Notes: generated by a model not told the origin, from the letters alone. 64,000 nt of DNA from Desulfatiglandales bacterium (GCA_963666345.1 OY762721.1:320001-384000); one strand, 5' to 3'. Counted from the first letter of the stretch, positions 1-10,640 are shown. A program made the numbers and translations.

Positions 1-19
1 ATACCTGCGCTTTTGACAA
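1..19 (-). CDS. Possible 5' end of a gene running off the window (perhaps the partner response regulator of the kinase)
   Basis: GGGGGA then TTG TCA AAA GCG CAG GTA; only 6 codons visible, product inferred from context. Confidence 0.25.
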
Positions 20-70
20 TGCTTTCCCCCAACCGGACGTCCTTTCGCCGGTAAAAAAGATCACACCTCT

Positions 71-1540
71 TTATACCGGGATCTCCGCCCAAAGGTGCGT
101 GCCTTTCCCGAGGCTCGATTCCACGGAAAATCTGCCCGAAAGCTGCACCGCCCTTTCCTCCATTATCAAAAGCCCCAATGTTTTTTTACCATCGGCCCCG
201 GCACCCTTGTCCTCTTCAAGTTCAAAACCATTCCCGTTATCCTCTACACTGGTCAGGATATAATTGTCTTTTCTGATCAGATTTACAAAGACTTCATCTG
301 CTCCGGAATGCTTCATTACATTGTTAAGCGCCTCCTGGGTAATACGGTAAACGGCCAGTTCACTTTCAGGATCAATCATCTTGGGGATATTTTTGGTAAA
401 GAAACGTACATTCACCGACCCCCGGCGCCTCATTGCGTCGCACAATTCATTAACCGCCGGAACAAGGCCCAAATCGTCCAGCAGCCTGGGCCTGAGGCCC
501 GCGGCGATCTCCTTTATATCCCTTATGGTATGTAATGCCTTTTCCATCGCAGACTCGGTCCGTATTCGCAAGGGGGTCTTTTCAATACCGATGTCTTCAA
601 GGATCATCTCAAGGTCCATCTTCAGGGTGGTCACGGACTGACCTATCTGATCGTGGAGTTCCATGGCCACGAGCTGTCGGTCTTTCTCAAGCAGATTTAT
701 AAGGTCCCTGGACAATTGCTTCCTTTTCATATGTTCCTTAAACAATATCTCATTTGAGCAATGAAGGGCCTTTTCCGCCTGTTTCTGACCCGTTATGTCC
801 CGCGAAAAAAGCGCCACCCGTGCCACATCGCCCTCGGCGTCGAATATGGGATAGAGCTGGTTGTCAAATACCCTGCCGTCATTATTATTAACGAACCTGG
901 AAGACATCTTTGCGGTAAGCACGGCTTCAAACATTACTTTTGCTGAGGAACCTAAAACGGGAAAAAGGTTTTCATCGGCACAAAGACCTATAAGTTCTTC
1001 GGAAGGCCTTCCCAAGGATTGCGCCCATGTCCTGTTTATTGAAAGTATATTTTTCCGGCGATCCAACAGGGCCGCCTTTTCATTGGTCGCGTTTAACAGG
1101 GCCCTGGCCGTTTCCTCGCTCTGTCTCAGGGCCTCACCCGCGATCTTCTCCTCTGTGATATCAACTATGACGGCCTCTATGTACCCCTTATCCGGATATA
1201 TCCTCCCGGTATAACGGACCCAGATTATGGTATTGTCTCTTCGTGTAAGCCTTGCCTCTACATTTTTTATCTCGCCTGTCCTCAGCGCCTTTCCAACCAT
1301 CCGTTCTCTTGCGCCCGTTTCAAGATAGTGCTCTGAGAAGATATACTCCGTCAGGAGCTCTTTCCTGCTGTCATAGCCGAGCATCTCCGCCAGCCTGTAA
1401 TTGGCCTCGAGTATCCTTCCATGATCAATCGTGGTCCTCAGAAAACCTACCTGGGCATTATTGAAGAAATTCCTGAACATCTCTTCACGGCGCTCATCCG
1501 TCTTTCTTTTCCCCGCCCCCTTTTTACTTCTTGAGACCAT
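71..1540 (-). CDS. PAS-PAS sensor histidine kinase, NarX/UhpB (HisKA_3) type
   Basis: DRQLVAMELHDQIGQ H-box, YRITQEALNNVMKHS N-box, EDNGNGF, GLLIMEERA; two PAS/PAC segments; ORF extends to 1567. Confidence 0.9.
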   Translation of the reverse strand: MVSRSKKGAGKRKTDERREEMFRNFFNNAQVGFLRTTIDHGRILEANYRLAEMLGYDSRKELLTEYIFSEHYLETGARERMVGKALRTGEIKNVEARLTRRDNTIIWVRYTGRIYPDKGYIEAVIVDITEEKIAGEALRQSEETARALLNATNEKAALLDRRKNILSINRTWAQSLGRPSEELIGLCADENLFPVLGSSAKVMFEAVLTAKMSSRFVNNNDGRVFDNQLYPIFDAEGDVARVALFSRDITGQKQAEKALHCSNEILFKEHMKRKQLSRDLINLLEKDRQLVAMELHDQIGQSVTTLKMDLEMILEDIGIEKTPLRIRTESAMEKALHTIRDIKEIAAGLRPRLLDDLGLVPAVNELCDAMRRRGSVNVRFFTKNIPKMIDPESELAVYRITQEALNNVMKHSGADEVFVNLIRKDNYILTSVEDNGNGFELEEDKGAGADGKKTLGLLIMEERAVQLSGRFSVESSLGKGTHLWAEIPV

Positions 1541-1740
1541 ATATTTTCCCTCTGGCCCATATGGCAATATCTCGCTCGAAGATTATCCCGGCGTCCAACC
1601 CTGAATGGGTTTCAGGATCGGGTGCTCAGATGTCGGCATTCAGGTTTAAGCTAATTGATTTGTTTCTTAACCGCCTTTGCAGGCAGCCTGCCCCGGCTGA
1701 CGATAGTGCCGACCGCAACAATGGCCTTCCAGGATATACG

Positions 1741-2640
1741 CTATTTCAGTATCTCATTCATCGCAAAAAACAGATCCTGCTCCCTTATCAGACCGACCAG
1801 TCTGTCCGCCTTAAACACCGCCAGACGCCGCACATTTTTGCATACCATGAGATATGCCGCTTCCATAAGATTGGAGTCCCCGGCTATCCCAAGGGGCGGG
1901 GGAGACATAATCTCCGTTATCTTCTTTTTTCCAAGCTCCTTTACCTGGATAGAGAACATACCCTTCCAGAACATTGGAGAATATTGGATGGAATCCGCCA
2001 TGGAAGGTTTAGGCGCGCTCAGGTAGGCCGGCATGATTGCTTCAAGCAGGTCCCTTATCGCCAGGATACCCTTCAGGTTCCCGTCCTTGTTTAATACCAG
2101 TATCGATCTGTGGCCGGTCTCCATTATCTTACTTGTAGACATCTTGGAGGCAAAGGACTCCCTCAACCTGACAAGCGCGTCCAGGACCGTTTTATCCTCA
2201 TCCAGGCTGGTATATTCCTCCAAGGGTATCATGGCGTTTAGGATGTTCTGTTCCTTCATCGATCCCTTTTTAAAGCCAAGCCTGTAGGCCTCTGAAATCT
2301 TTGTTGCAAGAAGCTCCATGTCACAGGGCTTTGAAAGATAATCAAAGGCACCCTGGGCAAGGGCCTCCTTTGCCGAAGACTCTGCGCCATGACCCGTGAG
2401 CATGATAACCGGAACCTCCGGCGATCTCTTTTTGATCTTTTCAAGTGCCTCATGCCCATCCATCCCGGGCATCTTTATATCCATTATTATGACGTTGGCC
2501 CCTTCCTTCAATTTTTCAAGCGCCTGCTCCGCGCTACCGGCCAGGATCGTCTCGAATCCTCTTCTATTAAGGAGTTTTTTGGTGGTTTCTCGAAACTGTT
2601 CCTCATCATCCACCATGAGTACCCTTATTTTTTCGTTCAT
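1741..2640 (-). CDS. Response regulator receiver + CBS-pair protein
   Basis: VLMVDDE, MDIKMPGMDG, MLTGHG, YLSKP; C-terminal CBS-like segments (LKGILAIRDLL, LVGLIREQDL). Confidence 0.88.
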   Translation of the reverse strand: MNEKIRVLMVDDEEQFRETTKKLLNRRGFETILAGSAEQALEKLKEGANVIIMDIKMPGMDGHEALEKIKKRSPEVPVIMLTGHGAESSAKEALAQGAFDYLSKPCDMELLATKISEAYRLGFKKGSMKEQNILNAMIPLEEYTSLDEDKTVLDALVRLRESFASKMSTSKIMETGHRSILVLNKDGNLKGILAIRDLLEAIMPAYLSAPKPSMADSIQYSPMFWKGMFSIQVKELGKKKITEIMSPPPLGIAGDSNLMEAAYLMVCKNVRRLAVFKADRLVGLIREQDLFFAMNEILK

Positions 2641-2680
2641 CCTTACGGCCTCCTTTTTCTTTATGCGACTTAAAGACTTG

Positions 2681-3220
2681 CTATTGAATCATAAGCGGTT
2701 TGAACAACTGAATAAACAGAAGCATTATCGTCGCTGCGGCAAAGACATGCAGCGCCGCCTTCAGGCCTCCTATCCCCCCCTGCCTTGCCATACCGACACC
2801 AACCAGACAAAACTTCCAGACCCCGGTTATCATGGCAATCCCTGGAATCCAGGAAAAAAGCAACGTCACGCTGGCATAGGCGGTTATCGAAAAAATTCCG
2901 CTGAATGTATAAACCCCTCGATGGCTCAGCAGGGACAAAAGATAGAGGATAGAGGCCAGAATAAAAGGGGTGACAAAGGCATTTAAAAAGAAAACAAGAC
3001 CAAAGATCAACCTGCTTTCCGCCACAAAGAGACTCGCGGCCATGGCGTAGACAAGGCTCATTGAAAAGAGGAATACAAGGGAAGATCCGTATCCCCCTGT
3101 TGAATCCGGGCTTTCAAAGAAATCTCCCGGTGCCATCAGCAGCCTGGGTATGAACCGGACAAACCGAACGTATCCGTAAGTGCGCTTATCTCCATGATCC
3201 GCATACATAGCCGTTTCCAT
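2681..3220 (-). CDS. Yip1-like membrane protein
   Basis: LLMAPGDFF start motif and about five hydrophobic helices. Confidence 0.65.
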   Translation of the reverse strand: METAMYADHGDKRTYGYVRFVRFIPRLLMAPGDFFESPDSTGGYGSSLVFLFSMSLVYAMAASLFVAESRLIFGLVFFLNAFVTPFILASILYLLSLLSHRGVYTFSGIFSITAYASVTLLFSWIPGIAMITGVWKFCLVGVGMARQGGIGGLKAALHVFAAATIMLLFIQLFKPLMIQ

Positions 3221-3282
3221 TTCTTAAGGGCCTCCCTGTGTTATTTGCCTTCACACCATTTAATACGACCTGTCTAATCCGC

Positions 3283-5139
3283 CTAATATGCCGGAAGGCC
3301 GCTCCATCCCAGCCATCTCCAGTATGTTGAGGCAATCAGGGTCAATACCGCCATGTTGGTCAACCACAATATAACACCCACCCTCAGATAGTCTTTTGAT
3401 TCCAGATAACCGCTGGCATAGACAATGGCATTCGGTGGCGTTCCGATGACAAGGCAGTAGGCAAATGAAGACGCAATCGCAGTACCCATTGCCATGAACG
3501 GGATCATTGACGTGCCTGGGTGAACGATACCTGCCATTGCCAGAGTTACCGGACCTACTGCGGCGCAGGCAGGCCCGTCGGCCATGAGTTGGGTCAAAAG
3601 GCCCGTGATCACATTGCCTGTAAGCAAAAGCCCCAGGCCCTCTCCCAGGCCCAGGGGTACGGTCAATTCCACCAGAGAGCGTGCAATCCAGTAAGCCCCT
3701 CCGGTCTTTACAAGCACACGGCCGAAAATAATCGCGCCTGCATAGAGCCACACGACTCCCCAATCGACCTTTGTCTGGTAATCCCGCCAGTTGACAACAC
3801 CCGCAAGCACATAGGCAATGGCACCCATAACGGCGATTACGCCTATACCGAAGCGTATACCTGTCAGTTTCAGGATAAGATTCTTTTCGGTAACCCAGCA
3901 AAAGAGCATTACCACAAAGATGGCTACCGCAATCTTCTGCTCTCTGGTCCACTTGCCGCCTACCCGGTTGACCTCCTCCTTGACCACTGCCAGGGCATCG
4001 CCAAGGCTTCTGATACGCGGCTTGAAACGCCAGTTGATAACGAACCAGGTGATCGGGACTACGAACAGCAGGAGGGGCATACAATAGAGGCACCACTCCC
4101 CGAATCCCATTGAGATACCGAACATATCCTCGGCATAACTCATCATTATTATATTTCTGGCCGCCCCTGACGGTGACAGGGAGCCTCCTAGGTTACAGGC
4201 CATGGCAATGGTAATCATGAGCATCTTTGCCAGTTCCGGGTCATCACGGCCGTAAGCGGCAGTCGATGTCGTGTAAAGTAATATACCTATGGGCAGGAAC
4301 ATCGCGGCCAGCGCATGATCCGACATGAACATGGTCAGGGGGGATATGACAATTATTATGATAAGTGTGATGCGCTTGATATCGGGGTTCTTCATTTTTC
4401 CGAACATCATCATACTGATGCGTTTGTCCACACCTGTCTTGACAAAGGCGGTTGCAAACATGAGGCTGCCCATGATAAACCATGTGGCATCCGACCAGTA
4501 TAGCCCCGCAATGGTCTTTCTTGTAACTATCCCGCTCAGCATGGCTATGATACCGATACAGAAGGCAACCATCGGAAGGGGCATGGCCTCGGATACGAAA
4601 CATAACACCACGAATAATACTATGCCCACCGCCACCTTTACATGGAAGCCTGCCTTATAGGCCTTTTCCTTTTCTTTCTCCTTGAGGCCGTCGATGCCAA
4701 GATCGGTTGTCCTCAATTCATAGCCTTTTTTCATGAGCCCTTGAAATCTCTCCGGCCCTATCTCCTTTGCAAAGCTGTAAACCTTTTCAAGGTGCGCCCT
4801 TGTACAGGGTATTTCGTTGGTTTTGCACCATTTCGGATTTCTTTTTAAAAATGAGTTATATTCAAAGGCGGATTTCTGGACGCTTATCTCCATCATCCTG
4901 ACCATCTGGATCTGCCACTGAGAAATATCATCGGTTGATTTTTCAAAGAGTTCTTCGGCAAAGAACTCCTGAACATACTTGGGGCCCATTACATATTCCA
5001 CTCCCACATCCAGCATGCTCTTGGGGGTCGGAATCATGAGTAGAATAATCAACAATCCCAAAGGTATTGAGAAGAGCCTCCAGTTTATATACTTGTCATA
5101 ACCTGTAGCCTTCTCCTTTTTATTGACTCCTGTCATCAT
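3283..5139 (-). CDS. DASS/SLC13 family anion (sulfate/dicarboxylate) transporter
   Basis: SEAMPLP, FIMGSLMFATA, MFMSDHA, NLGGSLSPSGAARN, VDWGVVWLYAG, IGTPPNAIVY. Confidence 0.9.
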   Translation of the reverse strand: MMTGVNKKEKATGYDKYINWRLFSIPLGLLIILLMIPTPKSMLDVGVEYVMGPKYVQEFFAEELFEKSTDDISQWQIQMVRMMEISVQKSAFEYNSFLKRNPKWCKTNEIPCTRAHLEKVYSFAKEIGPERFQGLMKKGYELRTTDLGIDGLKEKEKEKAYKAGFHVKVAVGIVLFVVLCFVSEAMPLPMVAFCIGIIAMLSGIVTRKTIAGLYWSDATWFIMGSLMFATAFVKTGVDKRISMMMFGKMKNPDIKRITLIIIIVISPLTMFMSDHALAAMFLPIGILLYTTSTAAYGRDDPELAKMLMITIAMACNLGGSLSPSGAARNIIMMSYAEDMFGISMGFGEWCLYCMPLLLFVVPITWFVINWRFKPRIRSLGDALAVVKEEVNRVGGKWTREQKIAVAIFVVMLFCWVTEKNLILKLTGIRFGIGVIAVMGAIAYVLAGVVNWRDYQTKVDWGVVWLYAGAIIFGRVLVKTGGAYWIARSLVELTVPLGLGEGLGLLLTGNVITGLLTQLMADGPACAAVGPVTLAMAGIVHPGTSMIPFMAMGTAIASSFAYCLVIGTPPNAIVYASGYLESKDYLRVGVILWLTNMAVLTLIASTYWRWLGWSGLPAY

Positions 5140-5237
5140 TTCCTCCGCTTATTGAATCTCTGCCGTCACGAGTAACAAGAAAATACAGATATCGTGCAAA
5201 ATATTCCGAAAGACAGGCCGGTAAAGATACAAAGCCG

Positions 5238-5372
5238 TCATTCTCCCAACAGTTGCGTAATTCCGTAAAGCAGGAACATTGCTATGGTGGCATAGAAAAA
5301 AAACCTCCTTTCAAACTCTTTCGTATATCTGAAGACCCCTTTTCTGGCAGTCGAACCGCATTGTTTTTTCAT
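5238..5372 (-). CDS. 44-aa single-TM small protein, below ORF-track cutoff
   Basis: MKKQCGSTARKGVFRYTKEFERRFFFYATIAMFLLYGITQLLGE; starts 3 nt after the upstream stop; basic N-terminus plus hydrophobic helix. Confidence 0.65.
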   Translation of the reverse strand: MKKQCGSTARKGVFRYTKEFERRFFFYATIAMFLLYGITQLLGE

Positions 5373-5375
5373 ATC

Positions 5376-5840
5376 CTATTCTCCGTCCGGCTCCCCGGCC
5401 TTTTTGATAATTTCTCTCGGTGATTTCATAAAACTCCTTGTCTGTGCCATTCTTATCTTTCTTTCCAGCAACTGACGTTTTTCAAAGGCCTCTTCAGCCT
5501 TTGTTATAAGTTCATCTATGTCGGCAGGTTTTGTGAGATAATCGGTAGCCCCTGATTTCAGGCCGTCAACCGCAGATTCGACAGTACCGTGACCGGTAAG
5601 CATTATCACCTCAACCAGCGGAAACAACCGTTTGATCTCCTTCAAGGTGGTTATCCCGTCCATACCGGGCATCTTGACGTCCAGGATAACCACATGAATC
5701 GAACGCTTGTTAAGGTTCTCAAGCGCATCGGCACCGCTCACTGCCGTCAGGACGTCATAGCCCTTTTTCTTCAGCAATTTTTCCGTCGTAATCAGGAATC
5801 GTTCCTCATCATCAACCAGCATCATCTTCATATTTTCCAT
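5376..5840 (-). CDS. Single-domain response regulator
   Basis: MLVDDE, LDVKMPGMDG, MLTGHG, DYLTKP. Confidence 0.92.
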   Translation of the reverse strand: MENMKMMLVDDEERFLITTEKLLKKKGYDVLTAVSGADALENLNKRSIHVVILDVKMPGMDGITTLKEIKRLFPLVEVIMLTGHGTVESAVDGLKSGATDYLTKPADIDELITKAEEAFEKRQLLERKIRMAQTRSFMKSPREIIKKAGEPDGE

Positions 5841-5884
5841 CCCCTTTTCCCCCTGCTCGCCTTTATCTATTTGTGTAAGACAGG

Positions 5885-7579
5885 TTATTGCGCTTTACCC
5901 GGAAGCCTTATCAAGAATGTAGTGCCATGCCCTTTCCTGCTTGAGACCTCCATGACACCTCCCATATTATCTACAATGCCGTAACATACCGAAAGGCCCA
6001 GGCCTGTTCCCTTACCCACCGGCTTTGTCGTAAAAAAGGGCGTAAATATCCTTTTCCGGTTTTCATCACTTATGCCGGTGCCATTGTCGCTCAGAGATAT
6101 CTCGACCTCTTCATTATCCTTGATGGCGGCGCCGAGCCTGATCTGACCGCCTGATGAACCGTGCCTTTCCATGACTGCGTCAATGGCATTGTTGAAAAGA
6201 TTTACCATAACCTGCTGCAACTGAGCGGGGTCGCCCTTTATACATGGAAGTCGGCCAGCCAAGTCCTGACTGATTTCTATTCCGTGCACACTGGCCTTTT
6301 TTGAGATCATAGAGATTACTTCAGGCAGAAAGACACCGAGATCAAGATCTTCGTATGTCGGCTCGGCATGCCTGCCGAACTTCAATATACTCTGGGTGAT
6401 CTCTGCGCAGCGGTTCACCTGCAGATCGATCTGACTTAATGAATCATCCAGTTCCTTGAAAGAATCGGCCGGTTCCGAACAGCCGGACTCCTTAATCTCC
6501 GAAACAAGGATCTCAATCAAGGAATATTCACTTTTTATTATCTGAAGGGGATTATTGATTTCATGGGCAAAGCCCGCCGCCATCTCGCCCAGTTCTGCCA
6601 GCCTGCTCGCCCTGATTAACTGCTCCCCCAGCTGTTCTTTCTCCGAGTCGATCCGCTCCATGCGTCTTATGACTCTGCTGCTCAGATAAAAGGCAACGCC
6701 CAGGATGGCGCCTCCGAATATTAGGGTAATCAACACGGTCGGATAAACTGCCGCGTTGAGGGCACTGAAGGCATCCGCCTTTTCCTGCCTGACAACAAGG
6801 AGCCACCTTTTTTGTTTCATCCATGTAGTAGCATAAAGGTGATCGGTTCCTTCCTCATCCCTGCTCAAATAGGTATTTATGGCATTTTCGCTTGAGGGGT
6901 ACCTGATCTTATCCGAAATTTTCTCCATCAGCTCACCGGCCGAGCGTCGATCGGTCTGGAGTACGCCTTCTTTGTTTACGATATAGGCCTCTCCGGTCTT
7001 ACCCACACGAACCCTTTTGACCAGGTTATTGAATGTGAGCGTGTCTATGGTAGCCCTTATGATCCATGTCTCGGAATTGTAAGATCTCCTTATGGCGATT
7101 ATAAAGTGCGGCACACCCCGGTAACCCAGGAAGACATCACTTATGTAATAACCCCGCCTCATCACCTCCTTGAACCAGTCGGCCGATGCATATACCTTTC
7201 CCGTCAGCATGCTTTCGTAGGGGCCTTTGTAGGAAATATGAACGCCCGCCTCGTCAAATATGCCCAGGTCGACAAAGGCCCTGGAAGTCATCTCCAGATT
7301 ATAGAAGATTTGATTCAGTTCCTCCGGGTTCTTCAGGGTTTCATAATCGTATGAATCTCCGACAAACTCTAAATCGGCCCTTCTCTCATCGAGAAAGGAG
7401 GTGATCATCTGTCTGTGATCTTCGACGATTCGCTTGAGATTTGAAATGGTGCCGGTTTCCAGGGAAGAGGTGAAATAGTAGTATCCTATGCCCAATATCG
7501 TTATAAAAGGGACAAGAGGCACCAGGATCATACTGAGAAGGATGGTCCTCTTTAGTGCTCTGTAATATCTATTTTCCAT
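5885..7579 (-). CDS. Membrane sensor histidine kinase with Cache domain (NtrB/DctB-like)
   Basis: Two TMs around a periplasmic domain; GEMAAGFAHEINNPL, QVMVNLFNNAIDA, DNGTG, FFTTKPVGKGTGLGL. Confidence 0.92.
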   Translation of the reverse strand: MENRYYRALKRTILLSMILVPLVPFITILGIGYYYFTSSLETGTISNLKRIVEDHRQMITSFLDERRADLEFVGDSYDYETLKNPEELNQIFYNLEMTSRAFVDLGIFDEAGVHISYKGPYESMLTGKVYASADWFKEVMRRGYYISDVFLGYRGVPHFIIAIRRSYNSETWIIRATIDTLTFNNLVKRVRVGKTGEAYIVNKEGVLQTDRRSAGELMEKISDKIRYPSSENAINTYLSRDEEGTDHLYATTWMKQKRWLLVVRQEKADAFSALNAAVYPTVLITLIFGGAILGVAFYLSSRVIRRMERIDSEKEQLGEQLIRASRLAELGEMAAGFAHEINNPLQIIKSEYSLIEILVSEIKESGCSEPADSFKELDDSLSQIDLQVNRCAEITQSILKFGRHAEPTYEDLDLGVFLPEVISMISKKASVHGIEISQDLAGRLPCIKGDPAQLQQVMVNLFNNAIDAVMERHGSSGGQIRLGAAIKDNEEVEISLSDNGTGISDENRKRIFTPFFTTKPVGKGTGLGLSVCYGIVDNMGGVMEVSSRKGHGTTFLIRLPGKAQ

Positions 7580-7932
7580 TTTTCAATGACCGGAAAGGGA
7601 ACTTCCTGTTCTCAATATTGCATGCACATCTCTTTGCGCTTTTTTGAGATATCTATTGTCTGAACAGGCAGACGGCAGGGCAATTGTCTTTAGAGCTTTT
7701 TGATTCATTGCCGCCCTAAACCGATTTGTTCTGAAATTCTGGACAATTTTAGGAAAATGCATATTTTAACCAGGACCCCCGAAACAGATTGAATAGGAAG
7801 AAGAACTGTAGAAAGAAAAAGCAATTTGGAAAAAATGCAATCAGAATCAGAGACAACAATCGATTCAACATCAGCTCAGGAAAATTTTGGGGTCCTGGTT
7901 GTTAAGCAGCTGAGAGGCTTTATCAACTAAAA

Positions 7933-7948
7933 TGCAACCTCCATACCA
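7933..7948 (-). promoter_or_regulatory. Sigma54 (-24/-12) promoter
   Basis: TGGTATGGAGGTTGCA with exact GG-N10-GC spacing, facing the kinase/DASS operon; AT-rich tract upstream. Confidence 0.65.
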
Positions 7949-8325
7949 AAAAAGCATTCCTTTTCTTATTTGGCATATATGGTTGATTTTAATGCTTTAT
8001 TTATTTTTTTAAAAGACGTAATCAAAAAGGATAACCGCACATTTTGTGTCAATAATTTTTACAATATGTAAAGCAGGTTTCAAGGCCATTTTCCACCTAA
8101 ACCATTGCACGCGCAGAACTCCGATTTGCTCCTGTTCAGGAACCCAAACAAACGGCGCTCATTAATTTCAGACGCCGGGACATATTTTGACGTATTGGAA
8201 TTGAAGTTACCCCTTATCCGTGTTAAGCATATGCCCTGAACTTTGGATACTTGGCCCCTCTTCTCCGATCTGAACCGGAGAAGGACCATTTTTGTTAACT
8301 GAATGAATCAAATATTGACGATGAT

Positions 8326-9747
8326 ATGAAATCCTTTAACAAAACGATGTTTTATCCGCTCTGGAACCTTCTGCGGTCCGTCAAACTTACCATTCTGCTG
8401 CTGATCATCCTGGCCGCCTCATCCATTATTGGAACCGTTATCCCTCAAAGAGGTCAGGGTGCCATGGAGTTTGCAAGGGAACTGAGCCCCGAGGCATTCA
8501 GGTTGTTAAGCAACCTCGGCCTTTTTGATATGTATCACGCCCTCTGGTTCAGGCTGATCCTCATATCCCTTGTATTGAATCTCATTGTATGCTCCATAGA
8601 CCGGTTTCCATCCTCATGGAGGTTGTTCAAGACAAGCCCCGACCCTGACAGGAAGGCCCCGTTCAAGGATATTCCCCCTGAGCAGAGCTTTATTGTCAAC
8701 AGCAATGAGGTCAAAGACACCGACATTGTGAAATCATTGATAAAGGCCCGTTTCAGGAAATTTCAGGACATCAAAAGGGACGGTGATTATGTCATTTCCG
8801 CTGAAAAAGGCCGCTATTCCTACTTCGGGGTTTATCTGGTTCATTTGAGCGTCCTGGCCATCCTTTTGGGAGGTATGACAGGCTCCTTTTTGGGATTCGA
8901 GGCATATGTGAACATACTGGAAGGCACCCAGGTAGACACGGTAACGCTCAAAAAGGAGCGCAGCCCCCTGAAGCTTGGCTTCAAGGTGGGTTGCGAAAAA
9001 TTCCATGTTGATTTCTATGAAAACGGCGCACCAAAGGAATACAGAGCAGAGCTCAGATTCATAACCGGGAAAAATGAAATAGAAGACAGGATCGTCAAGG
9101 TCAACCATCCGGTAAAATTCGGTGGGGTTACATTTTATCAGGCCAGCTACGGCAAGGTACCTTCCGGGAATGTGATGCTGAGCATATTGAACTCCGAGAG
9201 CAGGGAAGAGATTCTTCAGATCAATACCGAGATGACAAAAACCAATTCACTGCCCCTGAAAGAAGGGACATTTCAGGTAGTGGATATAAGAACGGATTTC
9301 ATGCATACAGGGCCTGCAGCCTTGATATCTATTACCCCCGATAAAGGCGTAAAGACCAAATTCTGGATTTTTCATTCCCCTGAAAAGATGAAAGAGGCCT
9401 TACCCTCACCCATGCTTCTTTCAAAAAGATTCAATGCCTCGGCTTTCGCTCCCTATACCTTTGTCCTTAAATCGGTCGAGAGCAGATATTATACAGGCCT
9501 TCAGGCAAACAAAGACCCTGGAGTACCGGTTGTGTGGGCTGGCTGTGTCATCATGCTTGCCGGATTTTTCATAACCTATTTCACCTCTCACAGAAGGATC
9601 TGGGTAAGTGTCAAAAGGGACGATAACGGCACACTCATAAGGGTTGCGGGAAGATCCAATAAGAATCCGGTGGGACTGGGAAGAGAAATCACTCAATTCA
9701 CGACAAACCTGAAAGAAAATCTAGACGCCAAGGAACACAGACAATGA
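8326..9747 (+). CDS. resB: Cytochrome c biogenesis protein ResB/Ccs1
   Basis: SIIGTVIPQ, YHALWF, NLIVCSIDR, YLVHLS, VNHP, YQASYG, DPGVPVVWAG. Confidence 0.92.
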   Translation: MKSFNKTMFYPLWNLLRSVKLTILLLIILAASSIIGTVIPQRGQGAMEFARELSPEAFRLLSNLGLFDMYHALWFRLILISLVLNLIVCSIDRFPSSWRLFKTSPDPDRKAPFKDIPPEQSFIVNSNEVKDTDIVKSLIKARFRKFQDIKRDGDYVISAEKGRYSYFGVYLVHLSVLAILLGGMTGSFLGFEAYVNILEGTQVDTVTLKKERSPLKLGFKVGCEKFHVDFYENGAPKEYRAELRFITGKNEIEDRIVKVNHPVKFGGVTFYQASYGKVPSGNVMLSILNSESREEILQINTEMTKTNSLPLKEGTFQVVDIRTDFMHTGPAALISITPDKGVKTKFWIFHSPEKMKEALPSPMLLSKRFNASAFAPYTFVLKSVESRYYTGLQANKDPGVPVVWAGCVIMLAGFFITYFTSHRRIWVSVKRDDNGTLIRVAGRSNKNPVGLGREITQFTTNLKENLDAKEHRQ

Positions 9748-10583
9748 CAAGCTCCGCAGTACTTAGCTACATAACATTCATCTATTTCGGGGCCTTTGTG
9801 GCCTATCTTATAATGCTGGTAATGGGCAGGGAACTTCCCGGACGCATTGCCACGATGGTATCCTACTGCGGCCTTACGGCACATAGTCTTGCCATAGGCC
9901 TGAGGTGGATTGAATCGTACCGGATGGGGATTGGGCATGCCCCCTTTTCGAACCTGTATGAATCCCTGATTTTCTTTGCCTGGACCATCCTCTTCCTTTA
10001 CCTGCTCGTGGAATGGCGAACGAAAAACAAGACTTTGGGAGCGTTTGTCCTCCCTATGGCCTTCCTTTCCATAGCATACGCGTCTTTTTCTCCCAATATA
10101 AGCAGCCAGATTCAGCCCCTGATCCCGGCTCTTAAGAGCAACTGGCTGATAAGCCATGTTATAACCTGTTTTTTCGGCTACGCCGCGTTTGGGCTCTCTT
10201 TCGCCCTGAGTGTTATTTATTTTCTGAAAAAATCCTTCAGGCCGAAGGCTCAAAATATATTTCTCAGGCTGATACCGGATACCGACATTCTGGATGAACT
10301 CAATTATCAGATTGTGGTTATCGGTTTTCTGATGCTTACACTCGGAATAATCACCGGTTCGGTCTGGGCGCACACCGCATGGGGAAGTTACTGGAGCTGG
10401 GACCCCAAGGAGACATGGTCTCTCATAACCTGGCTGGTATATGCCTCTGTTCTTCACACACGGCTGGTAAGGGGCTGGACCGGTAAAAAAATCGCCATAC
10501 TCTGTATAATCGGTTTTTCCTGTGTGCTGTTTACCTATTTTGGGGTCAATTATCTGGCAGGCCTGCACAGTTACGCAACCTGA
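9744..10583 (+). CDS. ccsA: Cytochrome c biogenesis protein CcsA/ResC
   Basis: WWD domain WAHTAWGSYWSWDPKETW; PALKSNWLISHV; GLHSY. Confidence 0.95.
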   Translation: MTSSAVLSYITFIYFGAFVAYLIMLVMGRELPGRIATMVSYCGLTAHSLAIGLRWIESYRMGIGHAPFSNLYESLIFFAWTILFLYLLVEWRTKNKTLGAFVLPMAFLSIAYASFSPNISSQIQPLIPALKSNWLISHVITCFFGYAAFGLSFALSVIYFLKKSFRPKAQNIFLRLIPDTDILDELNYQIVVIGFLMLTLGIITGSVWAHTAWGSYWSWDPKETWSLITWLVYASVLHTRLVRGWTGKKIAILCIIGFSCVLFTYFGVNYLAGLHSYAT

Positions 10584-10640
10584 CAGCTTTTATAGACTCA
10601 ATTCCGCCCGCAGGCCTTTCAGGATGCGGGCCCGGCCGCG

